This document shows, in pieces, positions 1-11,518 of a stretch of DNA of 64,000 nucleotides; within the stretch, counting starts at the first letter, position 1, and each line of letters opens with the position of its first letter. This stretch comes from Mayamaea pseudoterrestris (Eukaryota): the NCBI GenBank assembly GCA_027923505.1, contig BROI01000003.1, positions 1,178,001 to 1,242,000 on the forward strand, written 5' to 3'. The position numbers and the translations under genes are program-made. Below the pieces are notes generated by a model. That model was given only the letters and a program-made list of their open reading frames with translations. It had not been told where the DNA came from and did not search any database.

Positions 1-1319
1 TGGCCAGCACATCCTTGCTGATCCACTTGAACCATACCATTGCGCCATCTGATGCGTACTCATCTAAAGCAATGATATTGTGTAGTTCAAGCCCCTTGTC
101 AGTGACAATGTAGAGGAATATGGCCTTGTTCGACCGCAGCGCTAAATAGGACGCAGTGGGTTGATTGCTGCCGCATCGACTGTACATGGCATACGCCTAC
201 TCGATTTGGTGCCACCTTGGCTTACGTCAATTATACTTACATGCTTTGCCTCAATTGTTACCATCGAGCGGTTGGACTGCATGGTAGTCTGTAGATATTT
301 AATCTTGTGGCGTGCTTGCTGTGGAAAAAGCATGAGAGGATGAGGATGAGTGATGCAGACATTATTGCCAGGCATGGAATTGATGAGAATAGATGCAGAA
401 CTCAAATCAATGATGTGATACCCTGTGCAAGTCAACACACAAAGCAACTCCACTTGCTGAAAAGAGTGATGTCATGGCGTACGCGACTCACTAAACTATA
501 GAAAACATTCGTTCACTCTTTTCCTTGCTCGCTCGCTCGCCACTACGATGCAAGCAGCTGCAGCAAGATGCAAGAGTTCACTTACATGATACTCATTGAC
601 CACCATCAATGGATCATCCGCCATGGCTTGGCACGTTTGGCTTGGTCATATGGTAGACTGAAACTCTGCACAGCAAAGTATACTTGAGAGAGAAGACAAG
701 ATTTCGCTCTCGGTTGGTGAGATGACCCCCACCCGTGGTATGGCCAAGAAGAGACGATTCGCAAAAGCGAGATATAGATTTTACAAGCTTAGAATAGAGA
801 GTCGATTAATCATTTCTATCGCTTAGTTTTAGTAGTAAGAGATAGATGTGACAGAAACACGACAGAAACATTGCGACAAAATGGAGCTGCGGGAAACGAA
901 CAGAAAACCAACTAAATAAACAACAAGCTTTCTACCTCTGCTTCTACGCTCTACTCTTTTATTCTCCATCAACATCGTCACTGTCACATTATCTTCTTTG
1001 TTCATCAACAAGGCGACCGACACACCGACAGTCACACTGTTGTGCCAATGGGCATCACATTTGGCGTACCACTAGTACTGCCCGCCATACGAACTGGATC
1101 CGCTATTGCTTCACAGCAAGCACAAAGAACGTACCTGTTGTCGTACTCAAGAAAGCCGTCACGCTTGCGAGCATACAAGACAATCCTTGTGTCCCTTGCC
1201 CTGCCCCAGCGCTCCTTGATCATCATGGCCATGGTCAAACCATTGCCGGCCTCTTGTCGACGGGTCACGATTCCTACACATTCATCCACAGTGATCAACG
1301 AGCGTTAAGTATATGAGTA

Positions 1320-1855
1320 CCGTTTCGGATAAACTTTTAATGTGCGAATAGTGTACGATAATTGTCCGAATAATTCCTACACTTTTCGTATATAGTAAAT
1401 ATGTACGAAAAATGCGTCCATGGCGATTTGTGCTAATTTTGAGCTCTTCTATCTCCATGATGACACGTCGCGGGACCAAACCAAGTATATGAGCTGATAG
1501 AGGGTGACAAGCGCTATAAAATTGTAGAAGGGTTTTCTCTCATTCACTACCGACATGGAGATATGACGACTCAAAGAATGTGTGTTTGCCTTCAAAACTC
1601 CAATTCGTACATTCTTTGAACATCAATATCTCTATAACCAAAATGATCTATGCTACCAAATTGATACATTAGATAGAGTACACCATGGTACTTTAGATGA
1701 TATAATGGTGTAGTCTTGGAGCCAGTATTGGTGGAGAGATCCCGCGGCAAACTTTGTTCGAATTATTCGTATATACGAATTTTGTCGGAAAAACTCGTAC
1801 ATAATTCGGGCATAATTCGTACATTTTTCAGGCATAAATAATTTATCCGAACCGG
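1320..1855. mobile_element. Non-autonomous DNA transposon (MITE) with long imperfect TIRs and a TA target-site duplication (Tc1/mariner-pogo-like)
   Basis: Left end reads TA|CCGTTTCGGATAAA (starts 1320). Right end reads TTTATCCGAACCGG|TA (ends 1855). The inverted similarity continues colinearly for about 95 nt with periodic ATGTACGAA-like subrepeats. The interior is AT-rich with no transposase ORF. Confidence 0.8.
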
Positions 1856-2408
1856 TACAAAATATATATGCCCTTTTCATATCTTGTGTTGCAAGGCTTA
1901 TATAGATACGTCTTTTCATTGGCGGGTGTCAAGTGTGCATCACGTTGTGGTGCACGGAGCGCTTCCACGCGGGCGCGATGGAAGAAAGGAACCACCATGG
2001 GGATCGAGCGCTCAAGCAGGTAATTTACGGCGTCCCTTGATGCTGATTAAGTTACCGTGTCCTGCCCATTGCCTTTGGAAGGTGAGATTGATCCAAACGT
2101 GTAGACATGAGTATATGAGTATGTATCCTACTTGTAATGCTGCCATAGCGACTGTCGTCTGTCGTCGGCGAGCAGAGCAAGAAAAGCTTGCTGCTCTTCG
2201 TGTTGCTGTACTCAACATAGCAAGGCTGGTTACTAAAAGCATAGCTCTATTGAAGACTCTATTAGCAGCCATTCAATTGAGAGTTGATTTCTGTAAGAAT
2301 CCCGCAGCTCCAATGTGTCCAAAATTGATCAAAACTGCAGCAGCGAAAAGCCGTCACAAACTACTGATTGTGATTTAAAGAAGCTGTACAACACAAAACC
2401 TTCGTACA

Positions 2409-2861
2409 TTAAGTGTGGCGCACGTGACCTATGCCGCACACGTTGCAAATACTTTTCACGCTCTCAATGGCACCGGGCGATGTCAAGTCACTATCGCTAA
2501 AGTCAATGTCGTCATTCAAGACAAGCAGCGCGTTGTTGAGCACTTGACGTAGCAATTCTCGGGAAGCCGTTCTGTTAAATGATATGCCCGTAGATGACGG
2601 ACGTAGGCGCGCAGATCGAGGTATGGTCGGCAGCCTCAAACGTGGGTCGTTGACCATGAGGTTCAACGTTATGGATTCAAACGGCGACAAGGTGGAAAAC
2701 CGATCACCGGTAGCTTCTAGAGGACGGACGTTATTTGCTCTGCACTGGGTAAGTCCTGTGTTTGTGAGGTTATTGGGTTCAGCCATGATGAGATCCTGTA
2801 GTCCGAGTATCTCGTAATAATGACCTTGTGGTGTTTGGTGTGGGATCCTGGTCGTGCGCAA
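2409..2861 (-). CDS. Hypothetical protein (150 aa)
   Basis: Single ORF with an amphipathic helix (RELLRQVLNNALLVLNDD) but no recognisable domain, and a non-ATG start in the ORF track. Confidence 0.25.
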   Translation of the reverse strand: MRTTRIPHQTPQGHYYEILGLQDLIMAEPNNLTNTGLTQCRANNVRPLEATGDRFSTLSPFESITLNLMVNDPRLRLPTIPRSARLRPSSTGISFNRTASRELLRQVLNNALLVLNDDIDFSDSDLTSPGAIESVKSICNVCGIGHVRHT

Positions 2862-3337
2862 GTTGAAGCACTTATTCCTGATTCGTTGCGGAACTTTGCT
2901 TACTCAACATGCAATTATAAAGTGACTGAATAAGCGGAAGTTCAAGTCGTCATCTCTCGTGTCAAACTTCCACTTCCCGAAGCAGAACTATTGACAAATG
3001 TAACTCCAGGTTTCGGAACTTACGATTCACTGCGCGGAGTAAAGTTGTGCAAATGCAAAACCATCACCGCCCTCCATGTTGTCACACGAAGTTTGATTGT
3101 CGAAACGCGCAAGTTAACTGCCGGCGGCAGCATTTTCGCCGCTGTGATGTAAACGATGCGGTGAGAGTAGTCGAGGCGGGATCTGGCTCTCGGCGTAACT
3201 ATCATCGTGTCCTTCCGTGACTCATGTGAGTCTTGTTACGACACGCAAGATCGAAGACGACCGAACGACCATGGCCACCATTCCATCATTCGATTGCTGC
3301 GAACGCAACCTTTCATTCGCCCTTCGCAAGCATTGAG

Positions 3338-3999
3338 ATGCACAAAACCACTTTGATACTACTACGTTTCATATCTTCGTGCCTTTTACTGACTAGAGCA
3401 TCTGCATTTGTCCTTCTTGAGCCGCGGAAATCTCCTCATCGATCGTCGTCGCCATCACTGTCTGCCATGCCGACGAGCGATCCGAAACACGTCGAAAAGA
3501 TCTTGTTCGTCGAATGCGGTGTGTAATAGAATGCATGACTGTAGTATGTTCTACTGCGTCAAACGCTCACCTACTCTATCTCTACCAGGCTTTGGGGCCG
3601 ATGCTCACGGACAAGACTCCACCAAGGCTGCAGGTGCGTGATGCGCATTCGCGTTACTGCTCGATTCAAAAAGAATCGTCATTAGAACAATTCAACTATT
3701 TCTTCACTTTAGTGCGCGCTTGTCGAAACGCCATTGAGTTCAACCAGCTTCCGGCGCTCGGTGAGATTGTCCCTGGCGGTCGCGACGAAATGAAGCTTGA
3801 CGTTTTGTTAGCCGTCCCAGCAAAATACCAAGAAGATTTAGATTTGAATGCCGTTCGAGCCGTCTTTCCATACGGCAAGGTCAATATTCAGATTCAAGAT
3901 GGAGGCATGGTAGCAAATCATGGGAAAATGATTGAAAAAATGGGCGACAAGAATGAAGACATGGTGGTTGTTTGCGTTGCTGTTTCTGTTGGATACTAA
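3338..3999 (+). CDS. Lin0512-family protein, plastid-targeted (3 exons)
   Basis: Spliced reading LFVECG-FGADAHGQDSTKAA-VRACRNAIEFN...VFPYG...GG...VAVSVGY matches the Lin0512 family pattern. The N-terminus has a signal peptide ending ASA-FV. Two short GT-AG introns lie near 3520-3588 and 3634-3712. Confidence 0.85.
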
Positions 4000-4230
4000 G
4001 AAATGATTTGGGATAATGCATGCAGGCTATTTATAAGTTACTTATTGACACCCACTAAAGTGCAATGAACCATGGCGCTACATACAGTAGCCGCTGCCGT
4101 TTGTAATGCGTGATGTTCTTGCCGCGTATGATGATCGTCGCCTGAGGGTAAGTGACGATAGTCCATCATTTCATAGTATCATTTGACGGTTATTAAGAAA
4201 CAAAGCAATGGAATGAGCTTGCTTTCAATA

Positions 4231-6243
4231 TCACTTAGTGACAGCAGCCGCAACATTGCTGCTCGCTTCGTCTCGTTTCGAAAGTGCTCGCTGGCGTCTC
4301 CAAACGTTCCAGCTAAAGCTGCCGGCTCGTATGGCTTGGAACACAAAGAATGTTCGCCAAATGGCTGGGAAAGATTGACAAAAGAAGTTCAATACTGAAA
4401 AGTGAAGTCCAAGCGTCGCAACGTATGTCATAGTGAGTGTTCGAAAGTCTCGCGAAGCAATCACGACGCCTTCCAAAAACATTATGAACGGGTGAAGCAT
4501 CAAGGCAAGTCCAACGAAACCAGCATTCTGTGACATCATTCCTACAATGCCAGCGTCGCGCACCAAGAACCGGCCGCAGTGGCGCAGAATAAGCATGCAT
4601 GCTTGACTATTGACAATGCTTACAATTGCTGCAATTGTAATCAGCCGTCGAAGTATCTTGTTAAAGCTCTTGGAGTCAAGCTTGGGATAAAGTGTTGCCG
4701 GAAGGTAGGTTTGAGCCGTTTGTGAAATGGAGTCACCAAACGTTCCGTAGAAAAAGTAGATGCGCATCATGATATTGTGTGCCGCCAGCGGCACCACTCC
4801 AAAGTCGGTCGCCCGCAAGGTCATGGCGCCGTAGCAGGCAATTTTGGCGAGGATAACAAAGAAGATGGGCCCAGATAGCTTGACTAGCTCGATGAACGAT
4901 TTGCGGTCTGGAATGGACATGATGGGGACTGGTTGCTGCTTCGAATTTGTCGCCGCGGACGCCAGCAAGCCGGGCTCGAGATGTGTAGCGTCCACCGACG
5001 AGTCGTTGACTTTAAGTGACGTTTCCAGAGCCGCAGAGTCTTCATTCAAACTCTGCGTCATTCGCTCGTCTTCTTCTTCGTCATCATTCGCCTCCTCCTC
5101 CAAACGCCGCCACTCGTTCATTCTTCGTCGCACAGCTCCATACAACACACCCGCACTCAAGACACTCGCCGCCGCCGTGGCAATGGCCGCTCCCTGCACC
5201 CCCCACGGTCGCAGCATCAAGTCTCCAAACACGTTGACAATCGACGCCGCCAAGACTGCCAATATTGGCGTCTTGGTGTCAAGCGTCGCCAGCAGAATCG
5301 CCTGCATGACCATGCCCATGATGCTGGCGACGCTGACACTGGCGCGAATGGCCGTGTAGCGACCAGCGTGGTGCAGCAACGCTTGCGTCTGCAGTGACGT
5401 TGCTGTCGCAACAGAAGCAGCAGTAGTAGCGGCATTGCCAACAACCATGTGTTTCAACACGCGTGGTCCCCAAGCATAGCAAAAGACTGTCACCAGGCAG
5501 CCCAATACTGCGGCCACACCGAGTACGTGAGAAGTAATGGTTTGCAGCTGCCGATAGTTTTTCCGTTGCGTCGCGTTCGCCTTGGTGAGTTTGTTCGTGG
5601 TGGCAATGGCCAAAAAGTATGTCATGTACAAGAGACTGTCGTACAAAGTCGTGGCAGGGCCAATGGCGGCGAGCTGAATAATGGCATTCTTGGTTTTGAG
5701 ACTTCCAATGACAGTCGCATCGACGAGCGATAGTACAGGCTCTGACAGCCAAATGAGGACAGTGGTAAAGAGAAAGGTTAATAGTTGTCGGTAGGAAGGA
5801 ATAGGGGCAGATGCTGCTGCTGCTGCTGCGTTGGCGTTGGCTGGTGTTGTACAGCTTGGTGGAAGCTGACCGTCTATCGCAGATAGACTTGATTCGGAAA
5901 TGGATTGTTCCGTCGCGTTGATTGCGTGCAGATTGTTTGCGTCGTGTATTACAGTTAATGATATGTTGATGGCGCTATTCTCCTGGGAGCTAGAAGCTGA
6001 AAGTGACGATGCTGCTGCACGACGAGTAGCAGCAACCGGTCGTGGTGATGGTCGCTCTCTCAATGGTGGCACCCGCAGCAAATCATACGATCGTATTCTT
6101 CCTTCACGTTGAAATCTGCGTGCGGCGAGCTGCCGAGGTGCAAATCCAAGTACTAGGCAGCTGGATGGAGCGCCAAGAAATATGCAAAGTAGCAGCAGCT
6201 GATATTGCCGGACATGAGAGCATTTTCGGCGCATCATTAGCAT
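4231..6243 (-). CDS. MATE (DinF-like) efflux transporter, likely plastid-targeted
   Basis: WLSEPVLSLVDATVIG, LAAIGPAT, NVFGDL..GVQGAAIAT and LAAH motifs; many TM helices; signal peptide ending LG-FAP. Confidence 0.9.
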   Translation of the reverse strand: MLMMRRKCSHVRQYQLLLLCIFLGAPSSCLVLGFAPRQLAARRFQREGRIRSYDLLRVPPLRERPSPRPVAATRRAAASSLSASSSQENSAINISLTVIHDANNLHAINATEQSISESSLSAIDGQLPPSCTTPANANAAAAAASAPIPSYRQLLTFLFTTVLIWLSEPVLSLVDATVIGSLKTKNAIIQLAAIGPATTLYDSLLYMTYFLAIATTNKLTKANATQRKNYRQLQTITSHVLGVAAVLGCLVTVFCYAWGPRVLKHMVVGNAATTAASVATATSLQTQALLHHAGRYTAIRASVSVASIMGMVMQAILLATLDTKTPILAVLAASIVNVFGDLMLRPWGVQGAAIATAAASVLSAGVLYGAVRRRMNEWRRLEEEANDDEEEDERMTQSLNEDSAALETSLKVNDSSVDATHLEPGLLASAATNSKQQPVPIMSIPDRKSFIELVKLSGPIFFVILAKIACYGAMTLRATDFGVVPLAAHNIMMRIYFFYGTFGDSISQTAQTYLPATLYPKLDSKSFNKILRRLITIAAIVSIVNSQACMLILRHCGRFLVRDAGIVGMMSQNAGFVGLALMLHPFIMFLEGVVIASRDFRTLTMTYVATLGLHFSVLNFFCQSFPAIWRTFFVFQAIRAGSFSWNVWRRQRALSKRDEASSNVAAAVTK

Positions 6244-6786
6244 ATTGCCGAGTTATCTTTCACGCAATGCAATGATCAATCGAAGGCTTTATATGCTTCT
6301 TGTAATGTAGAATGATTGTTCCAGTACAGTCAATGATGGTAATAGTATTGAGGATCACGTTTTGTTGCGGTCGGATGGCTTTCGTCATGGTCGAGGGACC
6401 ACGTGGTTTTTGCCGTGCCGAAACGTCATCTTGTCTCACATCTAGTCGTATCGGTACCGTATTTTGGCGATGTCGGAACGTCGTTCGACATTGTACTGTA
6501 ACAAGCATGTTGTCTTACATATTATAGCCTCCATTATATTCACTGCAAGAATCCTTCCCAATTCTGTAATGTAGACGAATGGCTGGCAAAGCAGCAACGA
6601 AAGGTCCATATGTTACAGAATAACTGTCCCGCTGGCGCCTGGCACCGCTTCGGCCATTAGACGGACTTATGCACACGCCTACTACTGGTACAAAAGACGG
6701 ATATGCAATGAAGGCGTCAAATACGGCAAATTATGTACATTGATTTTAGCAAATGTACGTTCAACGCAATTAACTACGATAGCTAC

Positions 6787-8286
6787 TCAATGTGGCGGCG
6801 ACGCGTATTGGCCACCATTTTCTTCACCACTAGCATGCCACAGCAGCAGCGCCTGCAGATTATCTTGGTTGCGGCACAAGTTTTCGTACACAATGGGCGC
6901 ATCCACCGCCACTAGCGCTGTGACCATGCGTAATTGCTTGGTCGCTATATGGTCGGTTTTGGTAATAACGTCAAACAATGGCGCGCTCGTTCGTCGTTGC
7001 CGATTGAGGCGCAACGTTCGCTCCACAGGTACCAGCCAGGACGCATGTAGTCGACGTCGACGAACGCTACGAGACACTTCACTCCACTCGCTCGCGTAAA
7101 AGTCGAGTCGCTTCGATGCCCCGTAAAAGGACAAACGTTCCAATCGCGTCGTTGCAGATGCCACCAAGGTCTTGCGAAGGGCGATTAAAAAGTCGAGACC
7201 AACCAGTGCGTCAAAGTCTAGTTCCACCAGCGGCGAATTTGCCAGAGTTTTGGCCAAGTACGAGTGCGTATTCTCTGGAAATAACACGTGGCTTCCAATG
7301 TTCAATTGTTGTATCGCGGAAGTACTAATGGCCTTACCAAAGATGTGAACCGCGTCGGCCGCCACAAAATTGACATGATCCAAGTGCAGCTGCGTCAACG
7401 CTTTCATGTGCAACAATGCTCCCAATAGGCTTGCAACGTTTGCATCAATGGGCATGGTAAGGTCTACTGGACCGCATATTCGCAACTTGGTGAGCCTGCC
7501 TCGCATGTTTAACATGCCTGGAATCAAAACTGTCATTTGACGAGCACGAATGCCATCCAACGCCAATTCTGTGAGTGAAGAGTGCTTAAATATGCAGTCC
7601 ATCAGATTCACAAGCTCTTGATTCGTCGCAGCATTCGACGTGAGATTCACCTCAAGGCCATGTAGATTGGCGCAAGCTGGTGTCAAGACGCAAGTCATGA
7701 GCGACATTGGCAGGTCCGTCAAGGTCATGTAACGCACCGACGGAACCTTGCGAAGCACTGCGCGAGCGTTTCGTATGCCGGCGTGGCATGTATCTATATT
7801 GGTTTGCGAATCATTGTCACTGAGATTGTCAACATGCAAGCTCAGAGTCACGCGTTGCACTTGAATGTGATTCATGGCATTGCACAAAAGCGCCCAAAAT
7901 TCATGGCCAGCTTTAAACTGAAACATGTCATGATTTCCCAGAGTAGCCTCCTTTGTCGCAACCATGGATTCAATCAGTTTGGAATATTCCAATGCCGACG
8001 TTTCATCCATCCAAGATGGTGTTTCGTAGATTGATGGACGCTTCGCGTTGCCATTTTCTGGGCCAGCATTTCCTGCTTTATCCACGGCCATATTTGCCTC
8101 GACGGATTCATGGATGCTTGTCATGGTTTCCATAGGCGGATTGTAGAATAGATGACTTGATCTTTGGTTTGTCATGTGTATTGATGGCTCTGCCGAGATG
8201 ATGCTGATTTGATCCGTCGTGTCTTTCTGCCGCGCCTGATGCCCGCCATCTGCATGTTCCATGCGCATGTCGCACTGGTGAAGCAT
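6787..8286 (-). CDS. RNI-like/leucine-rich repeat hypothetical protein
   Basis: 499-aa ORF with repeated LxxLxL units (LTELALD, LTKLRI, LTQLHLD, LVELDF, LERLSF) and a C-terminal LRLNRQR segment. The true start may be downstream. Confidence 0.6.
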   Translation of the reverse strand: MLHQCDMRMEHADGGHQARQKDTTDQISIISAEPSIHMTNQRSSHLFYNPPMETMTSIHESVEANMAVDKAGNAGPENGNAKRPSIYETPSWMDETSALEYSKLIESMVATKEATLGNHDMFQFKAGHEFWALLCNAMNHIQVQRVTLSLHVDNLSDNDSQTNIDTCHAGIRNARAVLRKVPSVRYMTLTDLPMSLMTCVLTPACANLHGLEVNLTSNAATNQELVNLMDCIFKHSSLTELALDGIRARQMTVLIPGMLNMRGRLTKLRICGPVDLTMPIDANVASLLGALLHMKALTQLHLDHVNFVAADAVHIFGKAISTSAIQQLNIGSHVLFPENTHSYLAKTLANSPLVELDFDALVGLDFLIALRKTLVASATTRLERLSFYGASKRLDFYASEWSEVSRSVRRRRLHASWLVPVERTLRLNRQRRTSAPLFDVITKTDHIATKQLRMVTALVAVDAPIVYENLCRNQDNLQALLLWHASGEENGGQYASPPH

Positions 8287-8587
8287 TGAGGGAGAGCGCG
8301 ACTGAAAAGACTCGAGTCAGCGAGCGACGTCCAACGAAGGTTCGAGCCGACGACGATGACGAGATCCCGTTCGTGGCGCGTCTCGCCTTGTTGGCATTCA
8401 TCGCTACCCTTTATCATACATCAAAATAAACAGACAGTGTATTCAAGCTTGCTGGTTACAGACGCTGATCCTTTCGTTACACTTCCTCTGCGAGCCTTTC
8501 GAATCCTTGTTAAAGCGCACAAGATTGGATTGTTCCGCAGACTTCTTCATCCAATCACAGTACTGTAACTTCTCTCCGCAAAATTCA

Positions 8588-10249
8588 ATGATTATAATGC
8601 CAAGAAGAATGTTTGACATGTCGCTACTACTCGTTATATCTGCCACGCCAATGACTTTGGCGTTTGCGCCGTCGTTTTGGAGCAAAGGTGCAGTGCATCT
8701 GCCTCGCGTGGAACGAAAATTGCTTCGACATGCAGCATCCGATCGTCACAGTCATGTACAATACAGAAGCATCAAGAGGCAACGAAACTTGTTATTATTA
8801 TATCAATCATCTCCAGCTACGTCCGCTTCCGATGATACCAGCAACATCTCCGTACTGGATGAAGCGCTGCAGAAGTGCAACCTGACAGCTGCCATTTCCT
8901 TTCTACAAGCCAACCCCAAGACCAATCTGTCAAAAGACCAATGGAACGCTATATTCGACGCCATTGAGGAACGAACCGCTAGTGCCGAGGAGAATGACCC
9001 CGAGTGGCTGCGGCAAACGACGGCGGCTGCTGCCAGTGCCGGTTCCACAACCACGACCTTTCCACTCGAGTCGGCCGCCCGCCAGGAAATGACGGACTTG
9101 TATCAAACGTTGCATCGCGATATGAAGCAATTGACTCTCTTTGGAGCTGCCAATACGAGTAATTTAGACTATTTGCCAGCGTCGGGGAGTCATTCGCTTC
9201 CTCCAAGCTTGCTCGAGCAAATTTTGAAACTGCCAATGTCGGCGCTCACGCCGCAACCAACCAATACGCTACTACTGGCTGGTGGCGTCGTGGCCGTGTT
9301 GGAGATTCTTATTTCCACCCTTTGGCCGCAGTACCTTTCGCTCAACACGCTGGTGCTGGCAACCGTGGCAAGCTTGACGTTGGATCGCATTTTCGTCAAT
9401 GGCGCCATTCTCGAGTCCTTTCTCAAGTTGCTGTCACCTGGCATTCAAACCAAGATTTTGCGTCACGAAGCAGGTCACTTTTTGACCGCCTACTTGCTCG
9501 GTTGTCCGGTGGAAGGCATTGTCACGAGCGCCTGGGCCGCGCTGGCCGACAAGCGCTTCGGCACCCGCCACGTTTCCGCCGGCACGAGCTTCTTCGATCC
9601 AGCACTGTCGCGCGAAATCAACACGACGCCCAGCAGCGTGACGCGGGCCAGCATTGATCGATACTCCATTATCGTCATGGCGGGTATTGCGGCGGAAGCG
9701 ATTGCTTATCAAAAGGCAGATGGTGGAGCGGGAGATGAAATGGCGTTGATTGCATTCTTGAGTCAGCTCGGCGGGCAGCAGCGAGGAGGCGGAAGCAAGT
9801 CGGCGCGCGTGTGGAACGGAGACAAGATTCGCAATCAGGCGCGATGGGGAGCACTGCAAGCCGTCTTGTTGCTACGAGAGTACAAGCCAGCCTATGACGC
9901 ATTAGTTGATGCGTTGGAGCGGGGCGGGTCGTTGGGTGAATGCATCTATGCCATTGAAAAGGCGGCTCGTGATGCCAATTTGAAGCCATTGTCGAGGCCA
10001 CTAGGGTGGATTGTTCAAGACAAGGATGGTTCGCCAACGTGGACAACAACGCCGCCTCCTGCATCGTTGGTGGCAAGCGACCCGGTGGCCAAGGTCGACG
10101 AGCCGGTCTTGTCCACTGTGGCTGCTGCGAGCGAGTCACTCCGAGACTTTGGACAAGCCGACAGCATTCAGGTTCTGCAGCATTATCGCACACAAGTGGA
10201 AGAGAAGCTACGTACCATTGAGGAGCAATTAAAGGAACTTGGAGAGTGA
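8588..10249 (+). CDS. Plastid peptidase M41-like zinc metalloprotein (VIR3-like, no AAA domain)
   Basis: RHEAGHFLTAYLLGCPV (HExxH) and MAGIAAEA...GGAGD motifs, two TM helices, presequence ending LA-FAP. Confidence 0.8.
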   Translation: MIIMPRRMFDMSLLLVISATPMTLAFAPSFWSKGAVHLPRVERKLLRHAASDRHSHVQYRSIKRQRNLLLLYQSSPATSASDDTSNISVLDEALQKCNLTAAISFLQANPKTNLSKDQWNAIFDAIEERTASAEENDPEWLRQTTAAAASAGSTTTTFPLESAARQEMTDLYQTLHRDMKQLTLFGAANTSNLDYLPASGSHSLPPSLLEQILKLPMSALTPQPTNTLLLAGGVVAVLEILISTLWPQYLSLNTLVLATVASLTLDRIFVNGAILESFLKLLSPGIQTKILRHEAGHFLTAYLLGCPVEGIVTSAWAALADKRFGTRHVSAGTSFFDPALSREINTTPSSVTRASIDRYSIIVMAGIAAEAIAYQKADGGAGDEMALIAFLSQLGGQQRGGGSKSARVWNGDKIRNQARWGALQAVLLLREYKPAYDALVDALERGGSLGECIYAIEKAARDANLKPLSRPLGWIVQDKDGSPTWTTTPPPASLVASDPVAKVDEPVLSTVAAASESLRDFGQADSIQVLQHYRTQVEEKLRTIEEQLKELGE

Positions 10250-10554
10250 TTCGACTACATTACAGTACCTTGGGTAGCGTTCCGTCGATGGTTCCGCATG
10301 CTACTGCTGCTTCTTTGACAGCTAAAGCCATCTGGCAATACCTATTCACAAATTAAAGCCGGCTTATCAGTTATAACGCCTTTGCTAGCTTCACTTACGT
10401 TATTTGTCGTGTCCTATTAGAGATACTCTTAAAACCGATCTGCGAGGCTTGCACTTGGCTCGCCCCACCCCTGCACGGGGACCCCGGCATTGGTATTGCG
10501 ATAGCGCGATTCACAATCTGATCAATCCACAATCCATCAACAGCTTCCTCGACC

Positions 10555-11325
10555 ATGACGGACAGCAAGACACTGGACTCCAGCACTGCCGCCATTGGAG
10601 CAGCGGCTACCTCTGCTCTTACCTTTACGTCAGTTACTGCCAAGAAGCTGCCAACTGAGCTCAAGTCCATTCTCAAGCCCTCATCGTACGCCGTTCCTCC
10701 TTTCTCGACTGCTGGCGACGGCGAGATGCTTAACAACGAAAATGTTCCTAACGCCAAAACGAAAGCCACGAAAAAGAAGAAGCAATGCGTTGCGAATAGC
10801 TTAAATGAAGCGAATCACGCCACGCGAAAAGCGCAACTTGACAAGAAAGTTGCTGGCAAGGAAACGTTGGGCGATTTTTACAAGACGGTTGTCGTTGATC
10901 CAAATTTGGCGGACAAGGAAGCTCATGACGACTCTGATGCAGATTTTACGAATGCCGCCTACACTCTCACCATCGACGAACTAACTGCTGCGGTTGCACT
11001 TGTCGAGCTTGGCACGGATAGCAGCAAGATTGCCTCCGACATTGCAGCTGCTGCCATGGAGGCAGTAACCTCCACTAGTCTCAATAGTGAGTTTGCTGCT
11101 GCTAGCACTGAAGACAATACTGTCGCTCGCTTACCTGTCGCCGCTCCAACGCGCGGACGTCCTCGTCGTGCCACCAAGGTGCCGGAAAAACTGGGGCAGT
11201 ATGTTACCGAACCATTTGACAGTGAATGCGACGCGAGCGAGACAAAGACGAAACCGAGCGGTGGAAAGCCTCGCGGCGGAAAGCCTCGCGGCAAGCGTAC
11301 CTGCAAGAAAAGCACCAAGAATTAG
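10555..11325 (+). CDS. Hypothetical protein with AT-hook-like motif
   Basis: 256-aa ORF containing TRGRPRR and a basic GGKPRGGKPRGK tail. Confidence 0.5.
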   Translation: MTDSKTLDSSTAAIGAAATSALTFTSVTAKKLPTELKSILKPSSYAVPPFSTAGDGEMLNNENVPNAKTKATKKKKQCVANSLNEANHATRKAQLDKKVAGKETLGDFYKTVVVDPNLADKEAHDDSDADFTNAAYTLTIDELTAAVALVELGTDSSKIASDIAAAAMEAVTSTSLNSEFAAASTEDNTVARLPVAAPTRGRPRRATKVPEKLGQYVTEPFDSECDASETKTKPSGGKPRGGKPRGKRTCKKSTKN

Positions 11326-11518
11326 TTGCTCGAGCCGTGTGAGAAGCAGATTGGAGGATCTGTGATGGACATATTATTTGAACAGACAAATGTAATGCTC
11401 CACATTGGCATAAACAATTATTCTAGAAACGTGATCACTATACTTTTCTGATGACAGTGGGATGGTATATATAGTAAATACATCCAGCGAGAAAATGCAC
11501 TGGAGTAAAGGAACCAAG

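Noticed and set aside
1..500. Possible spliced minus-strand gene running off the left edge
   Set aside because: Splice-like sites exist, but no consistent frame or recognisable domain was found.
6628..6665. Minus-strand stretch resembling the 5' half of tRNA-Leu
   Set aside because: It has no anticodon or T arm and no B box.
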